DNA from: an uncultured bacterium
Lineage (GTDB): Bacteria; Patescibacteriota; Gracilibacteria; UBA1369; PNNO01
Assembly: GCA_963704705.1 (NCBI GenBank)
Contig: OY969931.1
Location: 210,001 to 242,000 of the forward strand
DNA: 32,000 nucleotides
Reading direction: 5' to 3'
The notes below the pieces were generated by a model, which ran no database searches, had not been told where the DNA came from, and saw only the letters and a program-made list of their open reading frames with translations. Below, piece after piece: positions 28,432 to 32,000 of the stretch. The position numbers and the translations under genes are program-made. Each line of letters begins with the position of its first letter. The first letter of the stretch is position 1.

Positions 28432-31400
28432 ATGCCTCCAGAGAGACTAACTGGTATTGGATCAGGATCAAAAGATAAATGGCCTACTCATGATGCACGT
28501 GACGATGAATTTGAAGCAACCAGAGAGATTGCAATAGGACTTGTAGATGAAGATGATTTAAAATTTATTGGAACACAACAGGATTTATTGGATAGTTATG
28601 TAAAATATAACTTTAAAAATCCAAAATCCAAATTATCTTCATTGGTAAAAAATGTTATCTGGGGATTGTGGGAAAATGAAAAAACCAGGGATAATTTATT
28701 TCCTGAAGAAATTGATACAGAAGAAAAATTAAGAGAATTTATCGATGATAAAGAAAAACATTCCACTCCGGTTGGAAGAAGTATAGTTAATTTTGCAATT
28801 TTGGCTGTAAGATCGGGTTTTGTCGCTATACCAATGAGAAGACGAGTTGAAGAACATATTGAATCTCAACTTTCATTTTTCTTGGAAGATATATTTGATG
28901 AATGGATAGAATTATTAAAAAATAAAAATGCGAAATTTAATCCTTCAAAATATAAAAATGATGAAGAAAGAAGCAAAGCAGAAGAAACATTTAGAAAAAA
29001 AATGCAATTAAGATTCAGATTAATTAGCTGGGTAAGTAATTCCGAAAAATTACATAATGAGTTGATGGAACGTTATTATATTGAAGGAAACATGAATGTT
29101 TTTGGTTTTTTCTTAAGGAAACTTCTTAATATTGATACAGCAGGAGCCAAAGTTAAAGAATTAATGATTGGCGTAATTGACAAGCAGTTTAATGATAAAA
29201 GGAAGCAATTATTGGATTTAATAGATGGATTAAAAGCTGATAGTAAAAAGAAGGCAGCTAAAGAAAGAGAAGCAATCAAAGCGATTGAAATTGTTGCAGA
29301 TGGTGTTGGTGTAAAAACTGCGGCGGCGCATATCACACCAAAGCCTGGAACAATTAAAACTATTAGTGGAGTGGATATACCGGTACCAGGAAGAATTGAA
29401 GAGCCGTCAGCGTCAGATACAGACCCTGAAGATTTAGATAGTGGTTTTGATGAAGATGAAACTTCAGGTGTTTATTATGCGGAAACAGGTGAAAAAACAG
29501 AAGTTTTCAAAAAGGGAAGAAAAGTGAAATTTAAAGGAAAAAGGCCAATATCACCTACTGCACATTCAGAAAAACCTAATGAAGTTACAATAGTTCGTAC
29601 AGATATTCAGGCTTCAATTGAACCAGCAGATCAGGATACTGACGTTGATGCAATATTACCTGCAACTGAAGGAACAGACATTGATGTTGTAGCTGATCAA
29701 ACGCAAACTGATGAAGAAATCTTACATGCAAGCCACGAAGTTGAACCTGAAGAATTATCCGAAGAAGATTTGGATGAAGTTGAAGATGCTGAAGATGCTG
29801 AAGCTAGTGATCCTGAACCAGCAGCGTTGAGTGAATTCGATCTTACGCAAAATTATAATTCTGGACCAGCTCCGGCAGCACCGGAAAGAGGATTGAAACC
29901 AGTACTAAAAGTAAACACGCCAAAGGTAGTAAAACAGTATACATCTCAAGAACCAGTGCCGGCACACGAATTAGATCTTTCACATAGTGAACCAGCATCG
30001 CCAGCATCAACTGATGGTACAACTGATGCTTCATCTACTCAAGAAAGAGAAACTTTTAATGTATATCCTCCGGTTCCTGGTTTGGCAATTAAAACACCAC
30101 TGCCTGCCCAGCCAGCACTTTCAGCAACACTTAAAAAGCAAATAACAAAATTAGCTGAAAAAGCCAGTGATCAAAGACCGGAACCCGCTGCTGAACCAGC
30201 TCCTGAAGCTGCTGTTAAAGCAGTCATAAATCATGGTATAACACTCCCTGAATTACCTTCATTTAGAGATAAGCTTACCGATGAAAAAAATCCTAAAAAA
30301 CCTACTGAAAGATTAAAGTCTTGGGTAGGTAGTAATCCAAAAACTGTTAAAGCAGTAATTCTTGGAGTAGTTTTGGCTGTACTTGGCGGATCTGGATATT
30401 TGACTTACAAACACGAAGGCAAAAAAGATTCATTAAGAGGTAAAGATAAAGTTGCATCAAAATCAACAATTGATGTTAAGAAAGAAAAAGTGATTATGGC
30501 TCCTATTTCAACAATGGAATCTACTATGGAACCTTCAATGGGTCCTACGATGGCTCCTTCAATGAAAGCCCCTATGCATACGGTTATGCAAGCTGAAGCA
30601 ATGCGACAGGCAGCAACAATGCAACATGCTATGAGGCCAGAGTCAATGCAGGCACCTATGCATGCGGTAATGAGCGTTGCTGGCATGAAAGCACCTAAAG
30701 AAGTTATGGCTGCAAGTAAAGATATTATGAAACCACAGCCTGCACATAGAACAGCCCCTATTCAAAAAACTGTTGATGTAAGAGGTGCAACTTCTAATCC
30801 GCGATTTGCAAATATTGATGTCAAAACAGTAGATGATTTACCAGATGGAATTTATAAGCAAATGTGGCAAGGCAAAAAATTCAATTTAGAAGGAAATGTT
30901 TCTTATTCAAAATTTCTGGAAGATGCATTAAAAAATATGATAAAAAAACTTCCAAGAAAAGAGAGATATAAAGCTTTATATGCATACTATCAAGAACTCA
31001 GAAAAACTGAAAATGGATGGCTTCTTTATAAGAAATTGCTTGAAGAAAGTCTTGTTGAAAAGGCATTAACAAAAGAAGGTTTAACTGAAAAAGAAGAGGC
31101 ACAGCTTAAAGATTGGAATGATTATCAGAAAAGACATCGAGGAAGAGCAAAGCAGGCAAAAGAACTTCTTCAAAATTATAAATGGCTAATGAAATCAAAG
31201 AAGAAAGGCAAAGCATACAAAATGTATGAAGATTATCGTGCCAGAGGTGTCGAATTGATGGAATTCCCTGGAGTAGCTCATCTTGAAAGAAGTGCAGACA
31301 ATATATTACCTCATGAAAAAATCAGTTATGCTACCAAAGATGGAAAGGCATTAGGTACAATGGTTAGAATGACAAAAGCAATTAAAAAAGTAGCAAAATC

Positions 31401-32000
31401 CTTCCCAATGCCTGATTTAGCTATGGGTAGTACAACCGGTTCAATTGAACAAACGCCTTCTCATACGATGTTTGCTGAACATCAGGTTGATGCTCCAACT
31501 CCTCCGCCAATTCCAGCTGATGCAGTTGTTCATCAGGTTGATGATAGCCAGATTTTATCTGTTGCACCTTTGCCGCCTAATACTCCTAAATCATTTGGTT
31601 CGGCTCCAATGCCTGATCTTAAACCTGTACTTGGGGATATGCTTGCAAAGAGACCTCCTAGAATTCCTGCAGACGCAAGAGTTTATAAAATTGAACCTAA
31701 GGATATGTTTGATGTGAAAATGGCTAAACCGCAGGATTTTGGTTCAGCGCCAATGCCTGAATTAAAAGCGGTTCTAGCAGCAATGGACAGAAAGAGAAAG
31801 CAAACTCCGCCGCCAATTCCGCAGGACGCATATTATAAATTAACTGAAGATGATATTTTACCGGAACCACCACCAATTCCGGTTGAAGAAAGTCAGATTT
31901 TGAAAGTTAAAAATATGGCTCCGGAACCAAAAATGTATGGTGCGGCTCCGCTTCCAAAAGAAATTAAACCTATTTTAGGAGTTAAACCACCGGCAATTCC
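28432..32000 (+). CDS. Large hypothetical protein, 3'-truncated by the window (>1189 aa): helical N-domain, acidic linker, TM helix, Met-rich tract, proline-rich repeats
   Basis: Open frame from ATG 28432 (MPPERLTGIGSGSKDKWPTHDARDDEFEATREIAIG...) to the window edge; lines read by eye in this frame showed no stop. Absent from the supplied track, presumably because no stop is reached. Confidence 0.85.
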   Translation, partial: MPPERLTGIGSGSKDKWPTHDARDDEFEATREIAIGLVDEDDLKFIGTQQDLLDSYVKYNFKNPKSKLSSLVKNVIWGLWENEKTRDNLFPEEIDTEEKLREFIDDKEKHSTPVGRSIVNFAILAVRSGFVAIPMRRRVEEHIESQLSFFLEDIFDEWIELLKNKNAKFNPSKYKNDEERSKAEETFRKKMQLRFRLISWVSNSEKLHNELMERYYIEGNMNVFGFFLRKLLNIDTAGAKVKELMIGVIDKQFNDKRKQLLDLIDGLKADSKKKAAKEREAIKAIEIVADGVGVKTAAAHITPKPGTIKTISGVDIPVPGRIEEPSASDTDPEDLDSGFDEDETSGVYYAETGEKTEVFKKGRKVKFKGKRPISPTAHSEKPNEVTIVRTDIQASIEPADQDTDVDAILPATEGTDIDVVADQTQTDEEILHASHEVEPEELSEEDLDEVEDAEDAEASDPEPAALSEFDLTQNYNSGPAPAAPERGLKPVLKVNTPKVVKQYTSQEPVPAHELDLSHSEPASPASTDGTTDASSTQERETFNVYPPVPGLAIKTPLPAQPALSATLKKQITKLAEKASDQRPEPAAEPAPEAAVKAVINHGITLPELPSFRDKLTDEKNPKKPTERLKSWVGSNPKTVKAVILGVVLAVLGGSGYLTYKHEGKKDSLRGKDKVASKSTIDVKKEKVIMAPISTMESTMEPSMGPTMAPSMKAPMHTVMQAEAMRQAATMQHAMRPESMQAPMHAVMSVAGMKAPKEVMAASKDIMKPQPAHRTAPIQKTVDVRGATSNPRFANIDVKTVDDLPDGIYKQMWQGKKFNLEGNVSYSKFLEDALKNMIKKLPRKERYKALYAYYQELRKTENGWLLYKKLLEESLVEKALTKEGLTEKEEAQLKDWNDYQKRHRGRAKQAKELLQNYKWLMKSKKKGKAYKMYEDYRARGVELMEFPGVAHLERSADNILPHEKISYATKDGKALGTMVRMTKAIKKVAKSFPMPDLAMGSTTGSIEQTPSHTMFAEHQVDAPTPPPIPADAVVHQVDDSQILSVAPLPPNTPKSFGSAPMPDLKPVLGDMLAKRPPRIPADARVYKIEPKDMFDVKMAKPQDFGSAPMPELKAVLAAMDRKRKQTPPPIPQDAYYKLTEDDILPEPPPIPVEESQILKVKNMAPEPKMYGAAPLPKEIKPILGVKPPAI
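31501..32000 (+). repeat. Imperfect 50-60 aa protein-level repeats (PPPIP...FGSAPMP.LKPVL)
   Basis: Units begin near 31501 (PPPIPADA), 31651 (PPRIPADA), 31807 (PPPIPQDA) and 31987 (PPAIP...), with FGSAPMPDLKPVL, FGSAPMPELKAVL and YGAAPLPKEIKPIL inside them. Confidence 0.8.

Noticed and set aside
29076-30686. Minus-strand ORFs (86, 63 and 93 aa) opposite the large right-end gene
   Set aside because: Low-complexity mirror translations of a repetitive sense frame that appears open throughout.
31445-31717. 90-aa + strand ORF MNKRLLIRCLLNIRLM...
   Set aside because: Out-of-frame reading of the proline-rich repeat region of the large open ORF starting at 28432; composition is an artefact.

Overview
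This AT-rich 32 kb window reads cleanly in the standard genetic code (TGA acts as a stop). It looks like a compact bacterial chromosome segment. Gene content and the SLH surface protein suggest a Patescibacteria/CPR-type genome, possibly Peregrinibacteria; that is inference only. Recognised content: three tRNAs (Lys-TTT, Glu-CTC, Arg-CCT), dnaJ, a 1254-aa SLH-domain surface protein with a clear intrinsic terminator, an SGNH-like lipoprotein, ahcY-metK, a surface-polysaccharide trio (GT2, polyprenyl glycosylphosphotransferase, O-antigen ligase-like), YibE/F, queG, an AmmeMemoRadiSam cluster (amrS-amrB-amrA) preceded by a small membrane protein, a cobalamin adenosyltransferase, folE, recR, ispE, fused ispDF, pgeF, nnrD, eno and an MBL-fold protein. 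The right end holds a two-gene locus I cannot assign: a 434-aa protein and a >1189-aa protein that is still open at the window edge. The long one has an acidic linker, a TM segment, a Met-rich tract and repeated PPPIP/FGSAPMP modules. Main leads: this unassigned locus, an MBL-fold protein whose metal-ligand motifs are all replaced, a divergent IspDF, the AmmeMemoRadiSam cluster with its coupled membrane protein, short structured 18-nt tandem repeats in two intergenic regions, and a degenerate coding-like region upstream of the S-layer gene. No CRISPR array, transposase or phage module was seen.
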